Assembly (NCBI GenBank): GCA_030390025.1
Contig: CM059432.1
Location: 14,572,001 to 14,636,000 of the forward strand
DNA from: Squalus acanthias
Lineage: Eukaryota
Length of the DNA: 64,000 nucleotides
Direction: 5' to 3'
Of this stretch, positions 61,868 through 64,000 are shown one piece after another; the stretch's first letter is position 1; every line of letters begins with the position of its first letter. The position numbers and the translations under genes were made by a program. The notes beneath the pieces were generated by a model. It made no database searches. It was not told where the DNA came from and saw only the letters and a list, made by a program, of their open reading frames with translations.

Positions 61868-62008
61868 CTTTAATGTACTTTCCAACATAAGATGAGAAAT
61901 GACTGTGATTGATGTTCTCATGAGCTTGGGAAGTTGGAATTGTAGCCCTTACTACCCTTGGGGAAGGGGAGGAGGAGGTTGGATATATAAAGCAAAATCC
62001 AGAAGGCT
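61868..62008 (-). CDS. Candidate additional in-frame exon of the THEMIS-family gene
   Basis: Acceptor CCTTCTCTCTCTCTCTCCAG|AG, donor AAG|GTATGT; 141 nt, open in phase 1-1 (PSGFCFIYPTSSSPSPRVVRATIPTSQAHENINHSHFSSYVGKYIKG). Confidence 0.4.
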
Positions 62009-63787
62009 CTGGAGAGAGAGAGAGAAGGCAAAGTGCTGTTCTAGTTGCTATCTTGTATCTTTGTTTCCAGATATTATTAAATACACCCTGTTTTATATAC
62101 ATAACTGTGTTCAGAACTTTATCTGGAAGAAGTTAAAGAAGGCGGGGGGTGGGGACGGGTGCAGATTTTCCTCTTCAGAGTCTGAGCTTGAGGGCAGAAC
62201 CATTTATTGCAAAGCCAGGCACAGACTGCTCATGGTTTTCTGTCCATTATGTGTGGGATTTCACAGTATGAATACTTAATGTGCTTTTAAAAGATCCCTC
62301 TCTCCACTATTTTAGAAGGTGTTAACCCATTAGTGTTCATATCACTCAGTAATATTTGAACTACAGTAACTTCAAAACGGTGAGTCTGACTTTGGCGTGA
62401 AGTTGTCTATTTGGAAGATCAGGAGTTTTGAAATTGATGGGATCAGGAAAACTTGTAAATATGCAGAATGGTCACTCCATGTCTGCAAATTTCTGCTCTG
62501 AATAGTAATACTGTCCAATCTACATAGCTGTTTTATGAGATACATTTCAAAATTCTCTGGCTCTTAAGTGCTTTGGGACATCGTGAGGATGTGAAAAATG
62601 TGCTATGTAAATGCAAGTTCCTTCTTCAGACTTCTTGTTCACAATCTCATTTATTCCCATGTGTAACAATGGTTCAATGGTTCAATGCCACACTCTGCCC
62701 ATTAGACCATATCCTTATTTCCATTTCACAATGCTATTCACATTATCATCTCTGTGTACATTTATCTCTTTGGCCTCCTGGTATAGTTGGAGTGAAATTG
62801 GTCTTCACCAGTAGCGTGAAACGGGTTCCTAGTGAATTGGCAGATTGGAAAAGAAAATCGGGGGGGTGGTGAATATCGGGCTCCCAGTTTGGTATGAGCC
62901 AGTTTCCTGGCATTGACCAATATCCACCCCCCGCCCCCCCCAGCCCACTGACTTATGTCGCCTTATCTCCTAAGTTAAAGTTTCCACTGTACACCCCAGA
63001 TCATTTATATATAAAGTAAATATGAACACAGCTGCCTTACTTAACTCATGTTTCTCTAATTGCTTAATACTTTTATCACATAATATAGACTCTAGAGCTG
63101 AGAGCTTCCACTCAGCCTTTATGTCAGCAGAAGCGTGCCCTGACTCCGGCTGATTTTGGTTTGTGGCCACATATAACTTTGGTGGTGATTCTGCTTTTGG
63201 AGGGCTTTGGGTGGGTGTGGAGGTTGGCTAGGGCAGGCCTTCAAAGCATGTGGTAGGAGCCCCATGTGCTGCAGTTGAAGATGAATTTAAAAAAAAATTT
63301 ATATTAAAAAAAATGCAAAAATATGACTTTGTAATTGATCACACTGCCATTCAAATTTTAAAGGGCCCTCTGTCACCCACAGCATCACTGGACACCAGGG
63401 GCAAGTAAATGTCCCTTGCGCCCCAGCGCAGGTCTGGTGCAAATGATGGAAAAAAATTTCTGAGTATCTTACTTTTATAGGAGTAGACTCACACTGCCCT
63501 AATTCTAATTGTATGACAGTGTAATCCACGTGGAACAATAGCATCCCTTTGTGATCTGGACCAAATTCCCGTCTTTTGTATAGTTATTTCTTCAATCTCT
63601 CTGTAAGTGGACTGAATTAACACTAGATGAGGTGATGCGTTGTTTGAATCATTAAGCTACTTTATTCCACAGTACAGGTGAATATACAGAGCAACAGTTA
63701 TGATCAGATTCACTTAGTTCAATCGGTAAAACGTACCTTTGTGTAATCATATAAAAACAATGAACACAGTAATTATATAAAAACAAT

Positions 63788-64000
63788 GGCCCAAAATTCA
63801 CGACCGGAGGCTTCCCACGGGGGGTGGCCTCCGACCTGTACGCATTTACCTGGCGGCCCGGGAGATACGGAGGCTTGCGATCCTGGGCCTCTCCGGGTAC
63901 CCGCTGGCAGAGGCCCGCTTATCCCAGGGGCGCATGCGGTTCACAAGCGCCCCTGGGATCACGTGGGCTGGCCCAACCAATAAAAGAAGGGAATCCCCAT
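63788..64000 (+). mobile_element. MITE related to family 2, running off the window
   Basis: AAT|GGCCCAAAATTC left end; GGATCACGTGGGC motif. Confidence 0.6.

Noticed and set aside
63472..63601. Possible THEMIS exon 1 on the minus strand
   Set aside because: Has splice-like ends, but no frame is both open and phase-1 compatible, and there is no LPR-type exon 1 similarity.

Overview
Repeat-dense vertebrate genomic DNA. The repeat families look like those of a cartilaginous fish (shark): tRNA-headed Deu-domain SINEs, CR1, L2, RTE, Penelope-like ends and Harbinger elements/MITEs. Two host genes lie on the minus strand. One is RAB12 coding exon 1 with its CpG-rich promoter (285-690). The other, upstream of it, is a CABIT-domain THEMIS-family gene, most likely THEMIS3. 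Its three phase-compatible exons match THEMIS exons 2-4 (59922-60059, 23572-24036, 17284-18380), with a 35.9-kb intron 2; exon 1 was not found in the window. Less routine signals: a frameshifted orphan copy of TPP2 exon 1 that keeps its splice donor and lies antisense in the THEMIS intron; a candidate extra in-frame THEMIS exon; a 1.1-kb solo LTR; minimal hammerhead-ribozyme motifs in Penelope-like ends; a perfect 73-bp palindrome; an in-frame uORF before RAB12; and several nested insertions with readable target-site duplications (TSDs). All calls come from reading the sequence and recalled protein families; no searches were run. Repeat boundaries are approximate unless a TSD or TIR is quoted.
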